This document shows positions 27,541 to 36,375 of a DNA stretch of 59,393 nt, piece after piece. The translations under genes were made by a program, and so were the position numbers. Every line of letters begins with the position of its first letter. Positions within the stretch are counted from its first letter, which is position 1. Source of the stretch: Janthinobacterium lividum. Its GTDB lineage: Bacteria > Acidobacteriota > Terriglobia > Terriglobales > Acidobacteriaceae. The stretch is taken from positions 1 to 59,393 of the forward strand of contig JBPBPZ010000355.1 of NCBI GenBank assembly GCA_050954525.1, given 5' to 3'. Under the pieces are notes generated by a model. It saw only the letters and a program-made list of their open reading frames with translations, was not told where the DNA came from and searched no databases.

Positions 27541-28149
27541 ATGATTCCTGAACTGCAACAGACCGACCTGCGCGAGCGCGCCGCCAAGATCAAAGTGATT
27601 GTATTCGACGTGGATGGCGTTCTGACGGATGGCGCCATGTACTTCATTCCCGGCGACAAGCGGCCCGATGGCTTTATCCCGGCGGTCGAAGTCAAGGGTT
27701 TCTCCGCACACGATGGCCTGGGTATGGGCATTGGACGCGTCGCAGGTTTGAGGTTCGGCATTATCACCAAGCGCACCAGCGACACCGTAGCGGTGCGCAT
27801 GCGCGACCTGAAGGTGGAGTTCATCCATCAGGGGTCGCAGCAGAAGATGGAAGCCATTCACGACATCATGCGCGAGGCAGGTGTTGCGCTGGATGAACTT
27901 GCTTACGTGGGCGACGACATCATCGACCTGCCGCCCATGCGCTCCGTTGGGCTTGCCGTGGCCACATGGAATGCACGGGACCAGGTCAAGGCTGCTGCAC
28001 ATTACGTGACGCCGCATGCCGGTGGGCATGGCGCGGGACGTGACTGCATCGACCTGGTGCTGGAAGCGAAGGGCGTGCTGGATGAGTCGATTGAGGCCTA
28101 CCTGCGGCAGGCTGGCACCGCCAGTGATATTGGGCACAGCATCCAGTAG
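27541..28149 (+). CDS. kdsC: KDO 8-phosphate phosphatase (HAD, KdsC family)
   Basis: FDVDGVLTDG, FSAHDGLG, YVGDDIIDLP, GGHGAGRD. Confidence 0.88.
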   Translation: MIPELQQTDLRERAAKIKVIVFDVDGVLTDGAMYFIPGDKRPDGFIPAVEVKGFSAHDGLGMGIGRVAGLRFGIITKRTSDTVAVRMRDLKVEFIHQGSQQKMEAIHDIMREAGVALDELAYVGDDIIDLPPMRSVGLAVATWNARDQVKAAAHYVTPHAGGHGAGRDCIDLVLEAKGVLDESIEAYLRQAGTASDIGHSIQ

Positions 28150-28179
28150 CCGACAGACATAGAGTGGCCGCAGCGAAAA

Positions 28180-28211
28180 AAGCAGATCCTTCGGCTTTGT
28201 CCAGAATGACG
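28180..28211. repeat. Degenerate REP-like element between convergent kdsC and FUSC genes
   Basis: AAGCAGATCCTTCGGCTTTGTCCAGAATGACG resembles the copies at 7687 and 22855. Confidence 0.55.
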
Positions 28212-28263
28212 TTTGTAGGGCTAAAGTAAGCATCCGGCGGCGATTGAGTTCAGTCGCCGCCGT

Positions 28264-29382
28264 TCAGCGGCCGAAGCGGCTTTCCAGCGAGGTCAGTACG
28301 GGAGTGGCGATGCCAAGTGCCCGGCGGCCCGCGATGAACGTGGCATGGATGCCCAGCGCCACACCCGAACCTATCAGTGTGGCCAGGACGCGATGCAGCA
28401 GCACCTCACTCGGGGGCTGGTGCGCAATGGCCAACAGGAAGCAGATGTAGCCCGTCAGGCTTACCGCGAACGCGCCGTAGTTCACGTTGCTGAGCAGGTA
28501 CGCGCCAAAGAGGAAGACCAGGGTCAAAACAGCCAACCACTGGCCACCCGGCCTAAGCCAGATGACGATAAAAGTGCATAGGACGGCGCCCAGCATGGTG
28601 CCGGCCGCGCGTAGAAGTCCGCGCGCGGCGGTTTGCGTAAACTCCGGCTTGGGAATCAGCATGGCCGTCATGCCAATCCAGTAGGCGCTGGTCCATGTTT
28701 GCTCACGGTAGATGGCAATCGAAGCAAGGGCAGTAATCGTCATGCGGTAGGCAAACTGCATGGCCCCGCTGCCCGGTGAAAACTGCTCACGCAGGAAGTT
28801 CCGCTGAAAGTGGGTTGGGTCGAAGTCTGGCGAGGTAAACACCGTTTGGGCAGCCGGCAGCCAGACCCGGAACAGCAGCATCAGGCAGGTCTGCAGGGCT
28901 CCGCCGGCAAGCACGCCCGCACCGCGCAGCAATGCGGAGTAGACAAGATCGTGCGTTGTGCCTGGGGTTGACGGTGCCGCGGATGAGACTACCAGGAATA
29001 CACAGCATTGCTGCCCCACCCACGCCGTGGATGTGCTGATGCTGTTCGACATGCCATATAGAAAAGCCCACACTACGGTTGCCGCTAACAGAGCTGCCGT
29101 GCTGTCGCGGCAGAGCGCGCCGACCAGGGCAGAGATCGCAATCCCGATCGACGCGCCCACCATGGCGCCGGATCGGTGGAACAGCGGCTGCTGATACGAT
29201 CCGAAGCCCACGGTCATGGCTCCGCCAGCCATCAGCACGGCGGTACCGTTGTAGCCAAGGTGAACACCCAGCAGGAGAGGGAGCGCTACGCCCGGCAGAC
29301 AAAGCAATGCATGCAGGGGTTCAGACTTGTTCCACGAGAACTGCGCGAGTTGGCTCCGAAGGGTGTCGGCCACTGCTTCCAA
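28264..29382 (-). CDS. FUSC-family inner membrane protein
   Basis: Multiple TMs; QFAYR, YWIGMTAMLIPKP, RAAGTMLG, RVLATLIG motifs. Confidence 0.8.
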   Translation of the reverse strand: MEAVADTLRSQLAQFSWNKSEPLHALLCLPGVALPLLLGVHLGYNGTAVLMAGGAMTVGFGSYQQPLFHRSGAMVGASIGIAISALVGALCRDSTAALLAATVVWAFLYGMSNSISTSTAWVGQQCCVFLVVSSAAPSTPGTTHDLVYSALLRGAGVLAGGALQTCLMLLFRVWLPAAQTVFTSPDFDPTHFQRNFLREQFSPGSGAMQFAYRMTITALASIAIYREQTWTSAYWIGMTAMLIPKPEFTQTAARGLLRAAGTMLGAVLCTFIVIWLRPGGQWLAVLTLVFLFGAYLLSNVNYGAFAVSLTGYICFLLAIAHQPPSEVLLHRVLATLIGSGVALGIHATFIAGRRALGIATPVLTSLESRFGR

Positions 29383-29458
29383 TCTGCCAGTGATCGGCTT
29401 GTTAGATCACGCGGAGACGGGCTGGCGCCGGCCAGCCCGTCTCCGCAGAAATGCTTTT

Positions 29459-29794
29459 CTAGTGAGGTGCGTTCTGCGGAGCGCTTTGCGGTGAGTTGGT
29501 GGTCGGTGTGGTGGGCGCGGGCGGCGGACCCTGGGTGGTCGGCGTCGGCGGTTCCGGGCTTCCACTGGGATTGACGGGGTCTGGCGTGCCTGCCTGCGGA
29601 TTCCGCTCGGTCGTGCCTGCTGCCTGCGACGGGGTAGAAGTTGCCGTGTTTTTTCTGGACTTCTTCTTGCTCTTTGTCTTGGTCGTGGTTGTGTCAGTCT
29701 GCTGCGCATGCGCAACCACTGGAAGAACGGCTGCAGGCATCAGCAAAGCCAGCGCGAGGCCGGCTGCCTGGAACTTTTCAGAAAAGCGAACCAT
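29459..29794 (-). CDS. Small secreted Thr/Pro-rich low-complexity protein
   Basis: Signal peptide ending AHA-Q, GGGAGA RBS, Lys-rich then P/T-rich tail. Confidence 0.65.
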   Translation of the reverse strand: MVRFSEKFQAAGLALALLMPAAVLPVVAHAQQTDTTTTKTKSKKKSRKNTATSTPSQAAGTTERNPQAGTPDPVNPSGSPEPPTPTTQGPPPAPTTPTTNSPQSAPQNAPH

Positions 29795-29883
29795 TGCAAA
29801 TCTCCCTTGTGCGCCTGGCACTGGCCGCAGCTACGTTAGAGCGGGAAGCCTCCCTTGCGGATGTATGCCGGCCGGGCGCAAGG

Positions 29884-31215
29884 TCAAGCGTGCAAAAGCG
29901 TCTCGTCACGTTTTTCGCCTACAGGCAAGGGCACCGGCTGGCCCGTGGCATGGCGCAGCACTGCCAGCAGGATCAGGCTGACCTCAAAAACGCACAGGCC
30001 AGTGATACCGAAGTGCTGCCACAGCACGGGTGACACCGCCGAGGCTGCCGCGCCACCAACAAAGTACGACGTCATATACAGCGTGTTGATGCGCGTGCGC
30101 GCGGTGGGCTGCAGGGAGAAATTCCTTGTCTGGTTGCCCAGTTGAAGTGCCTGCATACCGATGTCCAGCAGCACAACCATGCCGGCCAGTGTCAGCAGGT
30201 AAGTCCAGATGTGCAGGTGGCCTGCGGCCTGCGCACCGGTGGCAAAGCGTTCCGTGGCGTAGATGCCGAGGAACGACGCACCCAGCGAGCCAAGCGCCAG
30301 GGAGATGACATAGCGCGGTCCACGTTTGTCGGAGAGTTTGCCTGCAGACGCGGCGATCAGGGTTCCGGCTGCGCCCACCAGGCCAAAGCTGCCGGTCACA
30401 CCTGCTCCCAGTCCATGGGTTTGCAGCACAAAAGCCAGGGTATTCCAGAAGGTGGAGAAGGTGCCAAAGGCCAGCGCCCCCAAGACGCAGCTCTCGCGCA
30501 GCAGCGGTTCTTCGCGGAGCAGCGTCCACAACGAGCCCATCACTTCTCGATAGTTCAGTTGCTGCTTGGCAGGCAGCCTTGGCATTAGGCGATGGATAGC
30601 CGGTAGCAGAAGCGCGGACATCAGAGATGCGACTAGAAACACGACACGCCAGCTTGCAATCCGCGTGGTCAGGTGTGCGGTCAGCTCTGCCAGCCAACCG
30701 GCAAAGGTGCGCGCCAGCAAAACGCCCATCAGCAGGCCGGTCATTACGATACCGACGGCGCGTCCACGCTCTTCAGGCCTGGCAAGGTCAGGCGCAATGG
30801 GCAAAACAATGTGCGTTACCGAGGCAAATGCGCCGGTGCATGCACTCAGAATCAGTAGAAGGGGGAGTGTGGGCGCACAGGCTACCAGCAGCAGCGCCAC
30901 GGAAACAGCCGCAAACATCTTCAGGATCAGGCCGCGCCGTTCCTTGGTGTCGCCCAGTGGCGTAAAGGTCAACATGCCCACGGCGTAGCCTACCTGGGTT
31001 GCAACGCCGATCTGCCCGGCGGCAGCGGCGCTTGCGCCAAAGGTCGCACCCATCTGCGGCAAGAGGGGCTGACACAGATAGATGGCAGAAACGCCCACGC
31101 CACAGCACAGCCCAAGAAAGGCCAGGTGGGCACCCGGGCGGGGATGCGCAGGTTCTACACCGTGCGGGGCTTCTGGCAGCTCAGGTGGAGCAGGCGTATG
31201 TACTTCAGTGGACAT
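29884..31215 (-). CDS. MFS transporter
   Basis: About 12 TMs; YLCQPLLP, PLGDTKERR, ERGRAVGIV, RTRINTLYM motifs. Confidence 0.9.
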   Translation of the reverse strand: MSTEVHTPAPPELPEAPHGVEPAHPRPGAHLAFLGLCCGVGVSAIYLCQPLLPQMGATFGASAAAAGQIGVATQVGYAVGMLTFTPLGDTKERRGLILKMFAAVSVALLLVACAPTLPLLLILSACTGAFASVTHIVLPIAPDLARPEERGRAVGIVMTGLLMGVLLARTFAGWLAELTAHLTTRIASWRVVFLVASLMSALLLPAIHRLMPRLPAKQQLNYREVMGSLWTLLREEPLLRESCVLGALAFGTFSTFWNTLAFVLQTHGLGAGVTGSFGLVGAAGTLIAASAGKLSDKRGPRYVISLALGSLGASFLGIYATERFATGAQAAGHLHIWTYLLTLAGMVVLLDIGMQALQLGNQTRNFSLQPTARTRINTLYMTSYFVGGAAASAVSPVLWQHFGITGLCVFEVSLILLAVLRHATGQPVPLPVGEKRDETLLHA

Positions 31216-31256
31216 CCACTCCAGTTTACGTGCCCGCCTTTTTCCGAAGGCCGCGC

Positions 31257-32165
31257 TCAGGTGGTCAGGGCGCGGCGCAGGCTGCCTCCTGCCTGCTGCA
31301 GCAGCTGCTCTGCGGCTTCGCGCGGCACGCCGTGCTTTTCCATCACGATAGCCGTTCGCACGCTGCCGCCCTGCTGCAGAAGTTGTTCTGCACGTTCCGC
31401 CGATGCGCCGGTTGCCGTGGCGATGATGCGTTCTGCTCGATCCACCAGCTTCACGTTGGTCGTTTGCACGTTGGTCATCAGGTTGCCGTAAACATGGCCC
31501 AGCCGCACCATCAGACCGGTGGAGAGCATGTTGAGGACCAACTTGGTGGCCGTACCGGCTTTCATGCGGGTGGAGCCAGTGATGATCTCGGGTCCGGTCG
31601 CAGGTGTAATGGCGATGTCCGCAGCAGCCTCAATCGGCGATCCGGGAACGCAGGAAAGGCCGATCGTCAGGCAGCCAAGCTCCTTCGCGGCTGCCATTGC
31701 GCCCAGAACATAGGGTGTGCGACCGCTCGCTGCGATGCCAACCAGAACGTCCAGCCCCAGCGATTGGTTGAAACCGTTGGCAAGCAGGTCTGCAGCGCCC
31801 AGATCGCGGCTGTCTTCCGCACCTTCCTGCGACACGCGCAGCGCCGGGTCGCCGCCCGCGATAAAGCCCTGCACCAGGTCGCGCGAGACGCCGTAGGTCG
31901 GTGGGCACTCGCTAGCATCCAGAACGCCCAGCCTGCCGCTGGTTCCCGCGCCCATGTAGAACAGCCTGCCACCTTTTGCCACCCGCTCGTGGATGGCATC
32001 AACTGCGCGCCCAATGTTCGGGATCTGCTGTCGCACCCGGTCGGCGATGGTGTTGTCTTCGTCGTTGATGATGTGGAGCATCAGCTCTGTTGAAACGGCG
32101 TCGATCTTCTCCGAGGCTGGATTGCGGCTTTCGGTCAGCAGGTCTGCAAGCAGGATGTCAGGCAT
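31257..32165 (-). CDS. murQ: N-acetylmuramic acid 6-phosphate etherase
   Basis: TESRNP, GAGTSGRLGVLDASECPPTYG, GIAASGRTPYV, GPEIITGSTRMKAGTATK. Confidence 0.96.
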   Translation of the reverse strand: MPDILLADLLTESRNPASEKIDAVSTELMLHIINDEDNTIADRVRQQIPNIGRAVDAIHERVAKGGRLFYMGAGTSGRLGVLDASECPPTYGVSRDLVQGFIAGGDPALRVSQEGAEDSRDLGAADLLANGFNQSLGLDVLVGIAASGRTPYVLGAMAAAKELGCLTIGLSCVPGSPIEAAADIAITPATGPEIITGSTRMKAGTATKLVLNMLSTGLMVRLGHVYGNLMTNVQTTNVKLVDRAERIIATATGASAERAEQLLQQGGSVRTAIVMEKHGVPREAAEQLLQQAGGSLRRALTT

Positions 32166-32184
32166 GGATCCTTTCGTTCTGGTG

Positions 32185-34056
32185 TTATCGCGTACGTGCG
32201 GGTGCGGCGGCCTCGCCTGGACGGTAGCTTTCCTTCTGTTTTTTGCCGGTCGGGTCCAGTGGCTCATCGTCGTCAGCCGGTTGCTGATCGCTGTCCCTTA
32301 CGGTCCGTTTCGGTGGTGCAAAGGGCTGCTTGATACCGGCCTCTGCTGCGGCTCGAACATCGGGCTGTATACCCGGCAGGTTCAGCGCGGCTTTGTACTC
32401 TGCAACGGCTTTGGGGCGATTGCTGCCGGTTTGCGCGTCGTACAGGCGGCCCAGGTACACGTGGGACCATGCCACGGTGCGGGTATCTTTGCTGGTGGAC
32501 ACTACCTGCGTGAAGCGGTCGTAGGCTGCCTGTGGGTCGCCCTCCATTAGCTTGACCCGGGCCAGAACATAGAGAGCCTCGCCCGACACTGGATTTACTC
32601 GCAATTCCTTCTCGGCCAGGTCCTCTGCCGCCATGCGGTCGCCTTTTTGCAGGTGCAACTCTGCCTGGTCCATGGCCGTCAGGGCCAGCCGGGGTGCGCG
32701 CCTTCGGTTAACCCCGCCACTGCTCACCAGGTCGGGGCTGTCCGGTTTGAAGAACGGGATTTTCTTCGCCTGGCCCACCTCATGGCTCACATCCATGCCG
32801 TAGACCATCTCGCCGATATTTTCTTTTAGGCTGATGCCTTCGCGATCCTGCAGCGCCAGCTTGTTATAGAACGATTCGGTCAGCACCCAACCCGACTCCA
32901 TATCGCGCACCACTTGGGTGCGGCGCACAGCTTCGGCCTTGCGCTCGTACTCCACCAGGCTCTGGTTGTAGCCGTCCATTTCCGTGCGCTGCTTGCCATT
33001 GACCACCTTGGCAGGCTTTGGGATACCGACGTCCATGGTGCGCGCCTCGATTGCCTTGATGAGGCATTCGGTGGTCAGCGCAACGATGTCGCTCTTGTAC
33101 GTGAAGTCGATGGGAGCGTCGGAGACAGACTTCAGAAGGGGCAGCAAACGGTTGGTTGAACCGGCACGGGCGTAAATGATGGGGTCGATGTTGTAGAGGA
33201 GATACAAGTGGCGGATGCGGTCCATCTGCAGGCCGCTGGCACGTGCAGATACCGACATGCGCGATCCGGCGGAGACGCGGTCCGGGTTTGCCGGGTCAAT
33301 GGCCGCAGGTGACGTTGCAATGAAGTAGTCGTTGCCATAAATGCGGGCGTTGACTGCCTGGGGGCTCAGCATTGGCTCCAGCAGGACAAGAAAACGACGC
33401 CCGTCGTAACTGGACACAGGCTGGTGGAGGTAGATATTGGTTTCCAGCAGCATGCGCGTAATGCTGTCGTGCACCTGTGTCACGGCACCTTCAAACCCGG
33501 CGCGATGGTGCACATAGATCGAATGCAGATCGATTTTCTCGCTGAAATCCCGCAGCAGGGGCAGAAGGCCCACGACCTGCAGGGAGTCTGGCGGCATCTC
33601 GGTTTCCGGCACAGAAAGTGCCAACTCCGGCGGTGGGGTCAGGAACAGTGCGAGTGAGACATACTGGGCGAGGTTTTGCGCACCATCCAGCGTGTGGCCG
33701 TGAATATAAGCGCACAGGCTTTCGCGGCTGATGCCCGCAGCGGGCGACCTGGAGACGGCGGTACTGATCTCGGTCCGAACCGCCGCGCGCACCGGCAGGG
33801 AAGCTTCCAGCCCATTGTCGTAGCCGCAGGTGTTCAACGCGGCAGCCACCTGGAACAGGCTTTCACTGGTTTCCAGTGTCACCGCGGATCCGCTCGCCTC
33901 CACACCGCGACGCGGCACCACAGACGATGGTCCCGGCCCCTGGTCTGGCGAATCGGTCGAGGAAGAGCTTTTTTGCGCCCGCGCTGTACCGGCCAGGCTT
34001 AGAAGTGCAGCCAGCAGGACGCAGGCAGGAAAACGAGAGTGGGAGAAGATACGCAC
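32185..34056 (-). CDS. Secreted protein with C-terminal TPR repeats
   Basis: Signal peptide ARA-Q; TPR-like ALYVLARVKLMEGD and AWSHVYLGRLYD. Confidence 0.75.
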   Translation of the reverse strand: MRIFSHSRFPACVLLAALLSLAGTARAQKSSSSTDSPDQGPGPSSVVPRRGVEASGSAVTLETSESLFQVAAALNTCGYDNGLEASLPVRAAVRTEISTAVSRSPAAGISRESLCAYIHGHTLDGAQNLAQYVSLALFLTPPPELALSVPETEMPPDSLQVVGLLPLLRDFSEKIDLHSIYVHHRAGFEGAVTQVHDSITRMLLETNIYLHQPVSSYDGRRFLVLLEPMLSPQAVNARIYGNDYFIATSPAAIDPANPDRVSAGSRMSVSARASGLQMDRIRHLYLLYNIDPIIYARAGSTNRLLPLLKSVSDAPIDFTYKSDIVALTTECLIKAIEARTMDVGIPKPAKVVNGKQRTEMDGYNQSLVEYERKAEAVRRTQVVRDMESGWVLTESFYNKLALQDREGISLKENIGEMVYGMDVSHEVGQAKKIPFFKPDSPDLVSSGGVNRRRAPRLALTAMDQAELHLQKGDRMAAEDLAEKELRVNPVSGEALYVLARVKLMEGDPQAAYDRFTQVVSTSKDTRTVAWSHVYLGRLYDAQTGSNRPKAVAEYKAALNLPGIQPDVRAAAEAGIKQPFAPPKRTVRDSDQQPADDDEPLDPTGKKQKESYRPGEAAAPARTR

Positions 34057-34141
34057 GGGTGTTCGACGAACCTCAGCAATAGGTGTACCAGTCGCTGAGT
34101 CTAGGCCGCACGGGGAACACGGTCAATGCGTCCAGGTGAAG

Positions 34142-34795
34142 TTAGCCGCGTACAACCACGTCGGCAAACGTCAGGAGGACGCTGCCACGCACTGGCTCGC
34201 CAAAGACCTTCGCAGGCTGAAAGATGCCGGTCAGCATTCTTTGTTGCAAAGCGACCGATGCTGCGCTGTCCAGTTCTCCGGAAACGACGTGGTACTCGTA
34301 CACCCGGCCTTCACGGTCGATCTGTGCCTGCACCAGCAGCGGCTGCTCACCAATGCCGCCTACGGCCTGTTCCCCGGCGACGGAGTACAGGTAACGTGGT
34401 GCGGAAAACCCGGCCAGTGGGATATCGTTTGCTTCCACGGCCTGCTGCGGTGCTACCGCGCCCAACATCAATGCGCCGCCGGCGACTGCCAGCAGAGCCA
34501 CTGCAATCACCCCGGCCTGCAATCCAAAGGGCCGGACCGAGTTCTCAACGAATGCCTCCCAGCGATGGCGAAGCCTGCCCGCAAACCTGCGCTGGGCACG
34601 CACACGCTCATGAGAGAGCGCCAGGCGAATGCTCAGCGCCAACTCCGCCGGAGCCTCGATCGGAGATAGCACGCGCAGCGCATTGTCCGTCAGTTCGCGT
34701 TCGCTCTGTAGCTCGTCCATCACTTCTGCCTCAGCAACACCTTGTACGGAAACGTTCTTTCGCATGGAAGCCAGTAGCTCTGAAAGATGGTTCAT
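34142..34795 (-). CDS. Putative anti-sigma factor, single TM, with TonB-C-like C-terminal domain
   Basis: ATGA-coupled to the ECF sigma; one TM; C-terminal IDREGRV...FQPAKVFGEPV. Confidence 0.7.
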   Translation of the reverse strand: MNHLSELLASMRKNVSVQGVAEAEVMDELQSERELTDNALRVLSPIEAPAELALSIRLALSHERVRAQRRFAGRLRHRWEAFVENSVRPFGLQAGVIAVALLAVAGGALMLGAVAPQQAVEANDIPLAGFSAPRYLYSVAGEQAVGGIGEQPLLVQAQIDREGRVYEYHVVSGELDSAASVALQQRMLTGIFQPAKVFGEPVRGSVLLTFADVVVRG

Positions 34796-35550
34796 CGTGA
34801 CCCTTTCGACGCCTTTGCTGCGGGACGCGATGCAGGAATTGAATGCTTGGTGGAGCCGAACTGTGCAAATTCGGGAAACCGTGCGGTTAGCAACTGTCGT
34901 AGCGAAGCCCTGCCCCGCATCAGGCGGCTTTTGACCGTGCCAATGTGAATGCCGAGGATTTCCGCGATCTCGTCGTAAGCCATGCCCTCGATCTCGCGCA
35001 GGATGACCACCGTCCGGAAACTTTCAGGCACCTCGCGCAGGGCAGCTTCCACCGTGGCACGCAATTGCATCTGGCTGGCGTTCTCAAAAGGGGAGCCGCG
35101 ACCATCGGCGAGTGTCTCTGCCAGCGAGAACGAGAAGCCGTCTTCGTCGTCTGAACTGTCGTCGTCAATGGTGACCTCAGCCTTCTTATGCCGAACCCAC
35201 CACCGGCGGCTATTGGAAGCCTCGTGCATCGCGATCCGGTAGATCCAGGTGCGCAGGCTGCTGTCGCCGTGAAACCCGCCAATGGAGCGGAAGACCTTGA
35301 TGAACACGTCCTGGGTCACATCGGCGGCGTCCGCAGGATCGCTGAGCGACCGCAGCAAAAGTGAGTACAGCGGGTTGCTGTATTGTGCGATCAACTGGCG
35401 AAAGGCATCGTCCGAGCCAGCCTGCAGAGCGGCCACCAGGGCCAGCTCTTCGGTAGAAACCTCCGGGCGCGAAGCGGCATGGGTCCCAGCTTCCCCAAGG
35501 GCTCCACCGATTGCGCCGGAAAACCGATCCATGATCAATGCCCCGCTCAT
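34792..35550 (-). CDS. ECF RNA polymerase sigma factor (RpoE-like)
   Basis: DAADVTQDVFIK, SLRTWIYRIA, LREIEGMAYDEIA, GTVKSRLMRGR. Confidence 0.93.
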   Translation of the reverse strand: MSGALIMDRFSGAIGGALGEAGTHAASRPEVSTEELALVAALQAGSDDAFRQLIAQYSNPLYSLLLRSLSDPADAADVTQDVFIKVFRSIGGFHGDSSLRTWIYRIAMHEASNSRRWWVRHKKAEVTIDDDSSDDEDGFSFSLAETLADGRGSPFENASQMQLRATVEAALREVPESFRTVVILREIEGMAYDEIAEILGIHIGTVKSRLMRGRASLRQLLTARFPEFAQFGSTKHSIPASRPAAKASKGSR

Positions 35551-35805
35551 ACTGCCTCATTTCACGTTACGGCCTTGCAGCCCGTCGTGCAATCTGTGCC
35601 ACCCGCCGGCGGATGCGGAGTGCTCTCGCTCACTCTGCAGGTATAGACACCGCGTATGCCCTACTTTGTTCCCACTCGTTTCCGCAGGAATCGCTGCCGA
35701 TAGCTTCAAAAAGCTGTGCACTGTGCGCAACCTCATGGAAGTGCTCGTGTCTACGCAAACGACTTTGAAGTGCTGGCAAACGGCACAGGAAAGCGAGGAA
35801 AAATC

Positions 35806-36114
35806 ATGCAGAAACTTCTGGTAAAGGCCCTGTTGATTGCCGGCCTGATTGGTAGTGCAGCCATTGCTCCGCTGGCGGCGGACGCGCAGGTATATGTCCG
35901 GGTTGGACCGCCGCGCCCCATCTATGAACGCCGCCCGCCAGTGCCGGTAGCAGGGTACGCCTGGCGTGCCGGATACCATCGCTGGGACGGTGCACGCTAT
36001 GTCTGGGTTCCTGGCGAATACGTAGCTCCGCCGCGGCCACGGGCGTATTGGGTACAAGGCCGCTGGGTACCAGGACCACGCGGCTACTACTGGCGCGAAG
36101 GCTACTGGCGCTAA
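35806..36114 (+). CDS. YXWGXW repeat-containing secreted protein
   Basis: Signal peptide ADA-Q; YAWRAGYHRW, YVWVPGEY, YWVQGRW, YWREGYW repeats. Confidence 0.88.
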   Translation: MQKLLVKALLIAGLIGSAAIAPLAADAQVYVRVGPPRPIYERRPPVPVAGYAWRAGYHRWDGARYVWVPGEYVAPPRPRAYWVQGRWVPGPRGYYWREGYWR

Positions 36115-36128
36115 GGTCGGCGTAAACA

Positions 36129-36156
36129 AAATGGGCTGCGGGTCGGCAGCCCATTT
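36129..36156 (+). terminator. Hairpin terminator after the YXWGXW gene
   Basis: AAATGGGCTGC-gggtcg-GCAGCCCATTT. Confidence 0.65.
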
Positions 36157-36182
36157 ACCTTCCTGGGCAAACCGAGTATCCT
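36154..36182 (+). promoter_or_regulatory. Putative sigma70 promoter of tRNA-Ala
   Basis: TTTACC-17 bp-TATCCT ending 9 nt before the tRNA. Confidence 0.5.
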
Positions 36183-36191
36183 AATCGCAGT

Positions 36192-36267
36192 GGGCCTGTG
36201 GCGCAGCTGGGAGCGCGCTTCCATGGCATGGAAGAGGTCATCGGTTCGATCCCGATCAGGTCCACCA
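36192..36267 (+). tRNA. tRNA-Ala(GGC)
   Basis: 76 nt; acceptor GGGCCTG/CAGGTCC with G3:U70; anticodon arm CTTCC-ATGGCAT-GGAAG; GGTTCGATCC T-loop; CCA end. Confidence 0.97.
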
Positions 36268-36375
36268 AACCTCCCTACATCTTTTCGATAGACGCAGTCC
36301 TGGCGCGCTATTTGCTGCGCGGGCTTTGCCGTGTCCGTCGTCTCGACGGAATCGTGAGGAGACCAGTAGGATGGC

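Noticed and set aside
7687-28211. Dispersed GCTCAGGATGAC repeats as a CRISPR array or IS ends
   Set aside because: Copies are kilobases apart and irregular, with no cas or transposase gene; better described as REP-like.
35557-36129. 190-aa minus-strand ORF upstream of the ECF sigma
   Set aside because: Antisense to the clear YXWGXW gene and its promoter region.
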